A stretch of DNA of 64,000 nt from a virus. The notes below the pieces were generated by a model, which worked only from the letters and a program-made list of their open reading frames with translations, had not been told where the DNA came from and ran no database searches. Both the position numbers and the translations under genes were made by a program. Positions 18,047 through 26,804 of this stretch are shown here, one piece after another. How positions within the stretch are numbered: the first letter of the stretch is position 1; each line of letters begins with the position of its first letter. The stretch covers positions 1 to 64,000 of IMG/VR virus record IMGVR_UViG_3300036945_000814; one strand, written 5' to 3'.

Positions 18047-18922
18047 ATGGACAAGCTCACCTCGTTCGTTTTCTCGGGCTCGGGCACGCGCCTGTTCGCT
18101 TTCATCGGCGCCCTGCGCGTGTTGTTCGCCGCCGGCTACAGACCGAAGCAGCTCATCGGCACCAGCGGAGGCGGGCTCATCGCGCTGTTCATCGCAGCGC
18201 ACTACGACCCCCGCGAGCCGATGGCAGTCCTCGACAAGCTCGAAGCGTTCGCGCGCGGCTTGCAGATCGGGAAGCTGCTCGACCCCGCATGGTTCCCGCG
18301 CTGGCCGCGGTACTGGCATGGGCCGTACAAGGGCGCGCGCATCCGCGCCAAGCTCGACGAGGCCCTGCCCGCGAAGTGGACCGACATGAAGCTGCCCGTC
18401 TTCGTGGTGACCAGCGACCGTAACGGCGACGTGGCGAAGGTGTGGGGCGAAGCCGACGGCATCGCTCCCGCTCTCGCAGGCCGTGCGACGATGTCGCTCC
18501 CCATCTTCGACGCCGTGGAGATCCAAGGGCACTACCACACCGACGGCGGCACGCGGGCCAACTATCCTCTCTCGTTCTTCGGCGACGACGAGAACGTCGT
18601 CGGGCTGCGCTTCCGACCCCTCGCCCACAAGGCCATCGCCGGGCCGGGCGAGAAGGCGCCGTCGGTGCAGACGTTCGCCAACACTGTCGAGTTCAACATC
18701 GACAACATCGACGACATGATCGAAGCGACGTCGCGGATGCACATGGCCGCCGCGCAGAAGGCATCGACCATCATGCTCGACGTGCCCGGCAGCGGCATGG
18801 ACTTCGACGTCGACGACGAGGACATCACCCGCCAGATCCAAGCGGGGGCCGCGAGCGCGAAGAAGTGGCTCACCGCCCGCAATCGCAATCCGGCGACGCC
18901 AGATCCGGGTGGGCTCTACTAA
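18047..18922 (+). CDS. patatin-like phospholipase
   Basis: FSGSG oxyanion loop, GTSGG nucleophile elbow, TMSLP, DGG catalytic Asp, NYP. Confidence 0.9.
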   Translation: MDKLTSFVFSGSGTRLFAFIGALRVLFAAGYRPKQLIGTSGGGLIALFIAAHYDPREPMAVLDKLEAFARGLQIGKLLDPAWFPRWPRYWHGPYKGARIRAKLDEALPAKWTDMKLPVFVVTSDRNGDVAKVWGEADGIAPALAGRATMSLPIFDAVEIQGHYHTDGGTRANYPLSFFGDDENVVGLRFRPLAHKAIAGPGEKAPSVQTFANTVEFNIDNIDDMIEATSRMHMAAAQKASTIMLDVPGSGMDFDVDDEDITRQIQAGAASAKKWLTARNRNPATPDPGGLY

Positions 18923-18971
18923 GAGATCCAAGGTCTTACGCGGATCTGTGATCCATGTACGCCTTAGTTCC

Positions 18972-19012
18972 TAGTCTCATGCTTGACACCGGAAACGAAG
19001 TGCGTAGGATGG
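18972..19012 (+). promoter_or_regulatory. early sigma70-type promoter cassette, copy 1 (TTGACA-N16-TAGGAT)
   Basis: TAGTCTCATGCTTGACACCGGAAACGA is identical at 18972, 23604 and 24582. Confidence 0.85.
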
Positions 19013-19036
19013 GCTCACCAACCACGGAGCCCGCCA

Positions 19037-19699
19037 ATGACCACCGCCACCGCCGCCGCCGTCCTGACCCCCGCCGAAGTCATCGCCATCATGGCCGCCA
19101 AGGCTCCTGCCCTTCGCGTCACCTTCCTCGCGCTGCTGGCGCGCGCCACCGCAGTCGCCAAGGCGCGCAAGACGCTCTCCGATGACGAGCTGAATGCGAT
19201 GAACGGTGAGGTCGGCGAGGCTCACCGCTCGTGCGGGTTTGGCGACGCCCACATGCTGTGCGAGGACCACCTCGTCGGCTCGCACCACGACAAGGTGCAG
19301 AAGGACGCGAACGGTCGATCGGTGTTTCACTACATGCCCGAAGCCGACAAGATCAAGGAGCAGACGTGCGAGGCGATGATCGCCCTCGTCGCCTCCCCCG
19401 AGGAGCGCGCCGCCCTCCGCCAGTGTGGGACCGACTGCTACAACACCGTGGCAGGCCGTCGTCGCCACGCGAGCAAGCTCGCCAACGCGACCGGCCGCGC
19501 CAACGACGCCGTCGCCGCCGCTGCCTTCGCCGTCGGCGAGAACGTCGAGGTCCACGCCTTCGGCCATTGGTACGACGGCGTCGTCAAGAGCTTCAACAAG
19601 AACGGCCGCGCCGTCGTCGAGTACACCACCGGCACCGGCATCACCCGTGAGAAGACGATGGAAGCCGACAAGATCCGCAAGGCCGGTGTGAGCGCGTGA
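19037..19699 (+). CDS. early hypothetical protein with possible C-terminal SH3/Tudor-like domain
   Basis: GGAG SD; FAVGENVEV...WYDGVV. Confidence 0.7.
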   Translation: MTTATAAAVLTPAEVIAIMAAKAPALRVTFLALLARATAVAKARKTLSDDELNAMNGEVGEAHRSCGFGDAHMLCEDHLVGSHHDKVQKDANGRSVFHYMPEADKIKEQTCEAMIALVASPEERAALRQCGTDCYNTVAGRRRHASKLANATGRANDAVAAAAFAVGENVEVHAFGHWYDGVVKSFNKNGRAVVEYTTGTGITREKTMEADKIRKAGVSA

Positions 19700-19707
19700 G
19701 CGCGGAG

Positions 19708-19738
19708 GAAAGGCCCTTTCACGAGGGCCTTTCTTTGT
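19708..19738 (+). terminator. intrinsic terminator
   Basis: GAAAGGCCCT-TTCACG-AGGGCCTTTC followed by TTTGT. Confidence 0.8.
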
Positions 19739-19779
19739 CTCATCTTTGCGACTATGCTCACGTTTTCGGAGGACCGCAC

Positions 19780-20025
19780 ATGACCACCACCCTCGCCGAC
19801 ATTTTCGCCGAAGAAGACGCGGCCGCCAGCGCCGCGTTCCGCGCCACGCAGACGCCGGGCACGCCCGAGTACCTGCGCGAGCAGGCACGGCTCGCCGCCG
19901 ACCGCGCGCGCCGTGACGCCGAGCCCGTCGCCGAGATCCCCGACCCCGACGAGGACGACGAGGACGACGAGGACGAGAGCGAAGAGGGCGACGACGAAGA
20001 GAACGACGAAGGCGAGGACGCATGA
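19780..20025 (+). CDS. small protein with an extremely acidic C-terminus
   Basis: GGAGGA SD; tail DEDDEDDEDESEEGDDEENDEGED. Confidence 0.7.
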   Translation: MTTTLADIFAEEDAAASAAFRATQTPGTPEYLREQARLAADRARRDAEPVAEIPDPDEDDEDDEDESEEGDDEENDEGEDA

Positions 20026-20450
20026 CCGCAGACGAGATCAAAGCCGGCGTCAAGCTGCTCAACCCCGGCGGCTACGAGGTCGACGGCCTCGTCGTCGAGG
20101 TGAAGGGCGGCAAGGCTCTTGTCGCCTACGACGACGGCCGGCAGAGCGAGTGGATCGGCGTGAAGCACCTCACGCGCAAGATCGGTCGCCCCGCCGGCGC
20201 CGGCGTGCGCGTGCCGCTGGCGCCGCGCACGGTGGGCATCGAGCGGCGTTTCGCCGAGGTGTTGAAGCGGGAAATGGCCCGCCAGAACCTCACATGGGAG
20301 GCCCTTGCGGAGCGCAGCGGCGTGAGCAGGGCGACCATCGCCCGGATCCTCGCCGACAACGCCTGCGGCGCCACCGACACCGTCGAGGCCCTTGCAGGCG
20401 CGCTTGGCATCGCCCCCGGCAAGTTTTGGGAGGTCACGGCGACAACGTGA
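20022..20450 (+). CDS. XRE-family HTH regulator with N-terminal SH3-like domain
   Basis: LTWEALAERSGVSRATIARIL...VEALAGALG. Confidence 0.85.
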   Translation: MTADEIKAGVKLLNPGGYEVDGLVVEVKGGKALVAYDDGRQSEWIGVKHLTRKIGRPAGAGVRVPLAPRTVGIERRFAEVLKREMARQNLTWEALAERSGVSRATIARILADNACGATDTVEALAGALGIAPGKFWEVTATT

Positions 20451-20464
20451 CCCGGCGGCGATAG
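20440..20464 (+). promoter_or_regulatory. CGACAA-N12-GCGATAG motif
   Basis: Exact match ending 7 nt before the MTase ATG. Confidence 0.7.
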
Positions 20465-20471
20465 GTAAGGC

Positions 20472-21341
20472 ATGGCAAAGAAGAAGACACCGAAGGCGGC
20501 CGAAGAAGCCACCGACCCGCCGCCGGCCGCGGCCACCCCCGTCACCCTCGCCTTCGAGGGTGACTGCTTCGCGTTGCTGGCCTCGCTCAAGGGCGCCAAC
20601 CTCGACGGCTGCATCACGGATCTCCCGTACCCAACGCTTGAGCGGCATCGCGCGCGCGGGACCACGACCCGGCTCAAGGCCAGCGCGGCCAGCTCGAACC
20701 CGTGGTTCGGCACGCTCAAGATCGACGAGCTGGCAACGGCGCTCAAAGGCATCTACGACGCGCTCAAGCCCGCGGCCTACGCCTTTGTCTTCGTGGACGA
20801 CTCCACGGCCCTCCTGCTCGCACACGAGCTGGGCGTGGCTCCTGCGCTGGCGAAGCTCATCTACCGGCCGACCTCCGAAGCTCCGCGCGACAGCATCGGC
20901 TTCGGATGGTGGAACCCGGCGACTTGGATCAAGACCAGCAACGCCGACCCGACCAAGCCCCGCGGCGGCGCCGGCTACCATTTCCCCGGCGCCACCGAGC
21001 GCATCCTGATCTTGGAAAAGGGCAAGAGCCAACTGCACGCGCAGTACCCCAACGCCTTCCTCGATCCGCGGCCGCTGCGCCAGAAGGGCGCCACGATCCA
21101 AAGCGCGACGGCCAAGCCCATCGCCATCGCCGAAAAGCTCGCGCGCGCCTTGAGCCCGCCCGGCGGCCGCATCCTCGATCCATTCATCGGGTCGGGCACG
21201 CACGCCGAGGGCATCCTGCGAGCCGGCTGCACACCCGTCGTCGGAGACGTGGACCTCAAGCTGTTCCGCGACTGGCAACGCAACGTGTTCAAGCGCGAGT
21301 GGTGCGAGCCCGCCAACGGGGCGTGGGAGCGGATGCGATGA
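20472..21341 (+). CDS. N4C/N6A DNA methyltransferase (beta class)
   Basis: EGDC, catalytic ITDLPY (variant of DPPY), TAKP, SAM-binding LDPFIGSGT in beta order. Confidence 0.85.
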   Translation: MAKKKTPKAAEEATDPPPAAATPVTLAFEGDCFALLASLKGANLDGCITDLPYPTLERHRARGTTTRLKASAASSNPWFGTLKIDELATALKGIYDALKPAAYAFVFVDDSTALLLAHELGVAPALAKLIYRPTSEAPRDSIGFGWWNPATWIKTSNADPTKPRGGAGYHFPGATERILILEKGKSQLHAQYPNAFLDPRPLRQKGATIQSATAKPIAIAEKLARALSPPGGRILDPFIGSGTHAEGILRAGCTPVVGDVDLKLFRDWQRNVFKREWCEPANGAWERMR

Positions 21342-21787
21342 CGGACGAAGGGAACATCATGACGACTTGGATCAACGTCAAGCTGCTCGCGCCTGAGTGC
21401 AAACCCGAGCGCAAGACGGCGGGCGCTGTCGGCTATGACCTCGTCGCGCGCGTCGCGGTCACCGTCCCGCCCGGCAAGGTCGGGAAGGTGCTGACCGGCG
21501 TGTGCCTTGAGCTGCACCCCGGCGAGGAAGCGCAGGTGCGCCCGCGCTCCGGGCTCTCGTTGCGGGGCATCATCGGCGTCCCCGGCACCGTCGACAGCGA
21601 CTACCGCGGCGAAGTCGGGTGCCTGCTGCACAACACGACCGCCGAGCCGTTCGCCGTCGAGGCCGGCGACCGCGTCGCGCAGCTCGTGTTCTCGCGCGTG
21701 CTGCTCCCCACGCTCACCGTGTGCGCCGAGCTTGGCAGCACCGACCGCGGCGAAGGCGGCTTCGGCTCGACGGGCGGCAAGGCATGA
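21338..21787 (+). CDS. dut: trimeric dUTPase (start may be 21359)
   Basis: GYDL, RPRSG, GTVDSDYRGE, GDRVAQL, RGEGGFGSTG. Confidence 0.96.
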   Translation: MTDEGNIMTTWINVKLLAPECKPERKTAGAVGYDLVARVAVTVPPGKVGKVLTGVCLELHPGEEAQVRPRSGLSLRGIIGVPGTVDSDYRGEVGCLLHNTTAEPFAVEAGDRVAQLVFSRVLLPTLTVCAELGSTDRGEGGFGSTGGKA

Positions 21788-22248
21788 CCGGCGTCGCGTT
21801 CATGGTGGCAAGATCCGTAGGACGGAGGCTACCGCCCATGCGTCTCACCCTCACCGTCGCGTCGACCATCGTCGACCAGCGCACCCGCGCGTCGTTCTCA
21901 CCCGCGTGCGTCGCCGATCTTGTCGTGCAGCTCAACACGCGCGAATACCCTGTGAGCTACGAATACCGCTCGGCGAGTCTGTGCGGGAAGTCGATCCCCG
22001 GCACCGCAAGGCTCGACGGAACCGACGTGCTCGTGGACGTCGAGGTAGCAGCCGCATGGTGGACGATCGACGAGCTGGAAAGAGTCGTAACCGATGGCAT
22101 CGGCGGTGGCGTCGCTGGCCGTTCGCTGTCCGAAAGCGCCGTCGGCACGATCCACACGACGGAGAAGATCCGTTTGACGGAGCTGACGCTGTTGCAGCTC
22201 CATTCGTCGGCCAACCCAAGGCGGCCCGCAACAAAGGCGGCAACGTGA
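21784..22248 (+). CDS. hypothetical protein
   Basis: ATGA/GTGA coupling; alternative start at 21838 with GGAGG. Confidence 0.5.
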   Translation: MTGVAFMVARSVGRRLPPMRLTLTVASTIVDQRTRASFSPACVADLVVQLNTREYPVSYEYRSASLCGKSIPGTARLDGTDVLVDVEVAAAWWTIDELERVVTDGIGGGVAGRSLSESAVGTIHTTEKIRLTELTLLQLHSSANPRRPATKAAT

Positions 22249-22760
22249 ACGTGCAAGAGCCCACCACGTTTTTCATGCCCGGCGACGACCCTCGCCCCGT
22301 GCTGTTGTCCGCGGTGACGATCCTCGATCGCGCCACGCTCCGACAGCTCGACGCGGAATCGCTGGCGCGTCTGTGGCACGACATCCACGCAGGCACCCGC
22401 GCGCGCTTGACGACGAGCGTCGCCCGCTTCTACCTCGACCACCACGACGTCACGATCCATGATGAGCCAGCATCGTGCGCGCTGGCGTGGGACGGCGACG
22501 ACAACGCCGTCGGCTATGTGCTCTCGGCGATGGCCTACAAGCACGTCGACCTTTCGCACGCCCTCGCCGACGTGGAGGACCACCGCGAGGGGGAATGGAT
22601 CAGGCTGCACACGAAGTGCGGATGCGAGTCGCGATCCATGCGCTACCCGGCGCCGCTCCCCTTGACGATTCACAAGAGCGTCGCAGGCGGAGGCGTGCGC
22701 ACGTTCCGCAAAGGCGCCGTCAACACCTTCGGCGCGACCACCTACCACGAGGTCACATGA
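22245..22760 (+). CDS. hypothetical protein
   Basis: GTGA/ATGA coupling. Confidence 0.55.
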   Translation: MNVQEPTTFFMPGDDPRPVLLSAVTILDRATLRQLDAESLARLWHDIHAGTRARLTTSVARFYLDHHDVTIHDEPASCALAWDGDDNAVGYVLSAMAYKHVDLSHALADVEDHREGEWIRLHTKCGCESRSMRYPAPLPLTIHKSVAGGGVRTFRKGAVNTFGATTYHEVT

Positions 22761-23308
22761 AGATCCGATCCGGCATGTTCGTGCTTGTTCGCCCCGGCGT
22801 TCTCCACGCCGTCGACGCCGACACCGTCTTTCGCGTGTGCCGCACCGTCGTCGACGACATCAGCGGAACCACGCCGCCGCCGATCGTGTCGCTGATCGTG
22901 CATTCGACGAGGGAGCTGTACGCGCCTCGGTTTTTGGAGGTGAACCCCGACGACGTGATCGAATACGTCTACCCGCCCGAGCGCCCGCCCGAGCCGCGTG
23001 ACGTGCTCACGGGCCTCACGGCGACCGAGGAAGCCACCGCCTACCGCCAGCGCCGCGACGCCAACCTGTACGGCACCGAGCCCCTGCCGCCGCTCGGGTG
23101 GGATGACGCCGCGCTCGTGTTCCGCACGCCGCACGGCCCGATCACGTTGCAGACGATCCGCGCCTTCGAGGGCACCTTGTTCGCCTCGGTGCCCGACCAG
23201 ATCCGGCCGGCGCTGGAGTGGCTTTGCCACCTCGTCGGCCCGCTCCGCGGCGATCTCGCCGCCGCTTCTCGAAACGAACGAATGAAGGGACAGCATGTTC
23301 ACGATTGA
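22757..23308 (+). CDS. hypothetical protein
   Basis: GAGG SD, ATGA coupling. Confidence 0.6.
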   Translation: MKIRSGMFVLVRPGVLHAVDADTVFRVCRTVVDDISGTTPPPIVSLIVHSTRELYAPRFLEVNPDDVIEYVYPPERPPEPRDVLTGLTATEEATAYRQRRDANLYGTEPLPPLGWDDAALVFRTPHGPITLQTIRAFEGTLFASVPDQIRPALEWLCHLVGPLRGDLAAASRNERMKGQHVHD

Positions 23309-23525
23309 CGACGCCCGCAACGCCATGAAGACCGCCGAGATCCACCTTGCCCGCTCGCCTGCCGTCGACGGCGGCACCGTGCGGATCACATGGATCCCGG
23401 CGAAAAACGCCTTCACGTTGCAGCATACGAATCGGGATGGCGCAGTCGTTTCGACGACGACAAGCACCACGCTCGAAAGCATTTTCGGCGCCTTTGACGA
23501 GAAGGCCAAGAAGGCCACGCGCTAA
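23295..23525 (+). CDS. hypothetical protein
   Basis: GAAGGG SD. Confidence 0.6.
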   Translation: MFTIDDARNAMKTAEIHLARSPAVDGGTVRITWIPAKNAFTLQHTNRDGAVVSTTTSTTLESIFGAFDEKAKKATR

Positions 23526-23544
23526 CGCGCGATGCCGATACATT

Positions 23545-23582
23545 GGATCTGCGCAGATAACCCCCCGGATCTGCGCAGATCC
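23545..23582. promoter_or_regulatory. tandem palindromic operator-like sites GGATCTGCGCAGATCC
   Basis: Perfect 16-bp palindrome at 23567-23582, partial copy at 23545-23558; variants at 24557 and 18942. Confidence 0.65.
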
Positions 23583-23603
23583 AACTTTATTTTCGGTTGT
23601 TTC

Positions 23604-23644
23604 TAGTCTCATGCTTGACACCGGAAACGATGCGCGTATGATGG
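23604..23644 (+). promoter_or_regulatory. early promoter cassette, copy 2 (TTGACA-N16-TATGAT), leaderless start
   Basis: Repeat core; ATG 6 nt after the -10 with no SD. Confidence 0.85.
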
Positions 23645-23648
23645 GCGC

Positions 23649-23876
23649 ATGAACACCGCCGCCCACATCGAGCTTCGCCTGACCATCACCAAGACCGGCG
23701 CCGTCCGCTACCACTACTGGCCCCGCCGCTCGTTCCGCACCCTGCCGATCGCTCGCGCCGAAGCCGAAGCGCGCATGGTGGCCGGCACCGCCCACGTCTA
23801 CGAGACTTGCGACTACCTCACCGGCGACGGCACCGCCGTCCGCACCAGCACGATCGCCGCCACGGAGATCCAATGA
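23649..23876 (+). CDS. early hypothetical protein
   Basis: Starts at the predicted +1 of the promoter. Confidence 0.7.
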   Translation: MNTAAHIELRLTITKTGAVRYHYWPRRSFRTLPIARAEAEARMVAGTAHVYETCDYLTGDGTAVRTSTIAATEIQ

Positions 23877-24550
23877 GCAGCACCGTCGTTCTCATCGCCT
23901 GCTGCGGCCAGAAGGCCGACACCGCCTGCAAGGCGCGCGACCTCTACCGCTCGCAGCTCTTTCGCAAGTCGGTGGCCTACGCCGAGCGCCGCGGGCTCGC
24001 GTGGGCCATCCTCTCCGCCGAGCACGGCGTGGTCATGCCCGACGACGTGATCGCGCCCTACGACGTGACCCTGACGAACATGAGCGCCGCCGAGCGCCGC
24101 GCGTGGGCGCGCAAGGTCAACGCGCAGATCCGCGCCACCTTCCCCGCCGCGCGCTTCGTCGTGCTCGCAGGCAAGCACTACCGCGCCGCACTCGACGGTG
24201 CGTGGATCCTCAAGACGCCTTGTTCGTCCGTGTCTGTCGACGTGCCGGCCGTGCTCACGCACGAGGCGCCGATGGAAGGCATGGGCATCGGCGACCAGCT
24301 CGGTTTTCTGACGCGCGATGCGGCCTGCTACATGCCCGAGGACGCGGCCGAGCTGCCCGGCGAGCCCGAGGTCGTGCGCGTGTGCGCCGCCTGCCTCGCC
24401 TGCATCCACACCGGCGCCGACCCCGACTTCCCCTTCGTCCTCGCCAGCGCCGCCGACTGCGAGGCCGCCGACCACGCCGACAACCAGCCCGACGCGCACG
24501 ACGCCTACGTCGATCGCTACGGCGACACCCTCGACCATTGGGATCGCTAA
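23873..24550 (+). CDS. DUF6884-like protein
   Basis: LIACCGQK...ARDLYRSQLF...WAILSAEHG...PYDVTL...LAGKHY...GIGDQL. Confidence 0.75.
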   Translation: MSSTVVLIACCGQKADTACKARDLYRSQLFRKSVAYAERRGLAWAILSAEHGVVMPDDVIAPYDVTLTNMSAAERRAWARKVNAQIRATFPAARFVVLAGKHYRAALDGAWILKTPCSSVSVDVPAVLTHEAPMEGMGIGDQLGFLTRDAACYMPEDAAELPGEPEVVRVCAACLACIHTGADPDFPFVLASAADCEAADHADNQPDAHDAYVDRYGDTLDHWDR

Positions 24551-24556
24551 CCCCGC

Positions 24557-24622
24557 GGATCTGTGCAGATCCAAACTATTTTAGTCTCATGCTTGACACC
24601 GGAAACGAAGTGCGTAGGATGG
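24557..24622 (+). promoter_or_regulatory. palindrome GGATCTGTGCAGATCC plus early promoter cassette copy 3 (TTGACA-N16-TAGGAT)
   Basis: 41 bp identical to copy 1; ATG 6 nt after the -10. Confidence 0.85.
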
Positions 24623-24626
24623 ACCC

Positions 24627-24806
24627 ATGAACACCACCACCGCCTACAGCCTGACCGCCTCACTGTTTGACGCCGCCAACGCCGTGATCGCCATGTTTGG
24701 CGGCCGCACGATGTGCCGCCGGTGGGGCAGCGAGGGCTTCACCGACTTCGCCGGCATGGTGACCATCGTCCGCCGTCAGACGGGCCTCAACCGCGACGCC
24801 GCCTGA
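24627..24806 (+). CDS. 59-aa early protein (absent from the ORF track)
   Basis: MNTTTAYSL...LNRDAA*; leaderless start; same ATGAACACC start as 23649. Confidence 0.6.
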   Translation: MNTTTAYSLTASLFDAANAVIAMFGGRTMCRRWGSEGFTDFAGMVTIVRRQTGLNRDAA

Positions 24807-24843
24807 ATCACCGCCACCGCCGCACACCGAAGGAGCAACCGCC

Positions 24844-25095
24844 ATGAGCCGCGACATCGAACAACGCATCGGCGCCCTTGCCATCGAAGCCTACGAAGCC
24901 GGCGACGCCGTCGGCGCTGGCGTGTGCCTCCGCGCCCTCGGCTACCGCATCGTCGCCGAGCCCGCCGAGGCCCGGTGGACCATCGGCCGCTTCCGCCTCG
25001 GCCCGCAGGACGTCACCGCCATCCGCACGGCAGCTCCGAACAAGGCCGCCGCGCTCAAGGCCGCGACCGCGATGCTCAAGGCCGGTGAGGCATGA
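24844..25095 (+). CDS. hypothetical protein
   Basis: AAGGAG SD. Confidence 0.7.
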   Translation: MSRDIEQRIGALAIEAYEAGDAVGAGVCLRALGYRIVAEPAEARWTIGRFRLGPQDVTAIRTAAPNKAAALKAATAMLKAGEA

Positions 25096-25295
25096 CCGCG
25101 CCGCGGGCCTCACGCTGCACGATCACCGAGTACGCCGGCGCCCCTGCCGTCGTCCTCAACCTGTCCGACGCCCTCGTCGTCGCGTGCGCGGACATCCTCG
25201 CCGACATCCCCGCGGACTTCGCCGACGAAGCCGCCCACGCGCGCAAGCGCATCAACCACGCCATCACAGAAGCCCGGAGCGCCACATGGTCATGA
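25092..25295 (+). CDS. hypothetical protein
   Basis: ATGA coupling. Confidence 0.55.
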   Translation: MTAPRASRCTITEYAGAPAVVLNLSDALVVACADILADIPADFADEAAHARKRINHAITEARSATWS

Positions 25296-25552
25296 TCCAA
25301 TACGCCCCCTTTGCCGTCACCAAGACCACCGTCGACGCCCTCGTGGCCGTGACCGGGTGGGGCGGCTCGTGCCCCGGCGAATGCCCCGCCACCGCCCTCA
25401 CCCCGAGCAGCCTCAAGGCGATGCTCAAGGCTGGCTACGTCGAGCCCGCCACCCGCGACGCCGCCCGGCCCGAGGTGCCCCGCTACCGCGCGACGCAGCT
25501 CGGGCAGATGGTGCTCACCCTCGCCGCGGCCGCCGCCAAGGTGGCCCCATGA
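25292..25552 (+). CDS. small winged-helix-like hypothetical protein
   Basis: SLKAMLKAGYVE...YRATQLG. Confidence 0.55.
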   Translation: MIQYAPFAVTKTTVDALVAVTGWGGSCPGECPATALTPSSLKAMLKAGYVEPATRDAARPEVPRYRATQLGQMVLTLAAAAAKVAP

Positions 25553-25740
25553 TCGGCCCGGTACGGCCCCCGCCCACGCCGCCCGTGTTGTGCCCCTCGT
25601 GCGAGCGCGCCGAGTGCCTGCTGTGGCGCAGGGAACGCCTCCGCCTGTTGAACGAGCGGGCTCTCCACAAGGCGATCAACTTCGGGATGTCGTGGGGCGG
25701 TACCGCCGCCACGCTCGTCGACTACGCGAGGAAACCATGA
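25549..25740 (+). CDS. 63-aa protein with CxxC..C and a PolA motif-B-like peptide
   Basis: KAINFGMSWG; ATGA coupling on both sides. Confidence 0.55.
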   Translation: MIGPVRPPPTPPVLCPSCERAECLLWRRERLRLLNERALHKAINFGMSWGGTAATLVDYARKP

Positions 25741-26051
25741 GCCGCTACAAGCTCCCCAACGTGTCGAGCAAGTACGGCGCGCCGATGGGCCGTCACGCCG
25801 ACGGCACCGGCACCCGCGAACGCTGCCGACTCTTCTACGTCCCGTTCGTCGACGGCGACTACGACCAAGGCGGCGCCTATTGGGGCAGCCCCGCGAACCT
25901 GTGGGCCTGCCTCGATGACGACTTGGATCCCATCGCGTTCGTTCGAGCTGGCGACCGCGCCGCTGCCTACGCCGCGGTTGTGGAAGCCGTCGGCCCGGTG
26001 AAGCTCGCCAAGCCCGTGAAGGGCACCACCAAGAAAGCAGGCACGCCATGA
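25737..26051 (+). CDS. hypothetical protein (YGAPMGR...DGDYDQGGAYWG)
   Basis: GAGGA SD; motif-rich sequence of a kind seen in other phages. Confidence 0.7.
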   Translation: MSRYKLPNVSSKYGAPMGRHADGTGTRERCRLFYVPFVDGDYDQGGAYWGSPANLWACLDDDLDPIAFVRAGDRAAAYAAVVEAVGPVKLAKPVKGTTKKAGTP

Positions 26052-26263
26052 AGGCCACCGTTGCAGGAAGCCCCGCCGAAGCACGCGAGCACGGCAACCC
26101 CCGCCCACGTCTCACCAGCGACGGCTACACCCGCACAGGAGGGAGCCCGACCCCGTGGCAGGTGAAGTGGGAGGGCCGCTGGCGCCGCGTCTACCTGACG
26201 CAGACGGGCAACATGGGAACGACGTTCATCCGCCCGTTCGTCGTCGTCGCGGTGACGCCATGA
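26048..26263 (+). CDS. hypothetical protein
   Basis: ATGA coupling; GRWRRVY. Confidence 0.6.
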   Translation: MKATVAGSPAEAREHGNPRPRLTSDGYTRTGGSPTPWQVKWEGRWRRVYLTQTGNMGTTFIRPFVVVAVTP

Positions 26264-26649
26264 CCCCGCGCCCCCGCCGCCCCGACATGCTCTTGAAGGC
26301 CCTCGTGCGCGAGGGCACCGGCGGCCCCGGCCACCCCGAAGGGAGATCCAACACCGTCGGCGCATGTTGGATCAACAAAGACGGCAGCATGTCGATCTCG
26401 CTCCGACCGGGTGTGGTTCTGAGCTGGAACGATGGCTTGCAGCTCACAGCGTTCCCGCCGTTCCCGCAAGGCCGGAGGACGGAGCGCCCGGACCCTGAGA
26501 TCCCCGAGACGGACGACCCCGGCCCGGACCCGTGGCAGGGACCAGAGCCCGTGGTGGCGGATCGCCTCGCCCCCGCCAAGGCCCAACACCCCGCCCACGT
26601 CGCTGCGCGCATCAAGCACGGCGACGGCGTCGACGAGAACACCCGATGA
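26260..26649 (+). CDS. hypothetical protein, possibly DUF736-like nucleic-acid binding
   Basis: VGACWINKDGSMSISL. Confidence 0.5.
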   Translation: MTPRPRRPDMLLKALVREGTGGPGHPEGRSNTVGACWINKDGSMSISLRPGVVLSWNDGLQLTAFPPFPQGRRTERPDPEIPETDDPGPDPWQGPEPVVADRLAPAKAQHPAHVAARIKHGDGVDENTR

Positions 26650-26804
26650 CCCTGCAAGACATCGTGAGCGCCCTGTTGGCAGACGAAACCGTGCAGGCCC
26701 GTGCGCAGACCGACCCGGTCATGCACGCCGTCTGTCAGACCCTCCGTCACGCCCTGCTAAAGATCCAAGCGGAAGCCACCGCAGATGAGGACTGCCCCGG
26801 ATGA
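26646..26804 (+). CDS. hypothetical protein
   Basis: ATGA coupling. Confidence 0.5.
   Translation: MTLQDIVSALLADETVQARAQTDPVMHAVCQTLRHALLKIQAEATADEDCPG

Noticed and set aside
18972-24622. Promoter repeats considered as att sites or IS ends
   Set aside because: They contain -35/-10 boxes and precede genes; no integrase or transposase in the window
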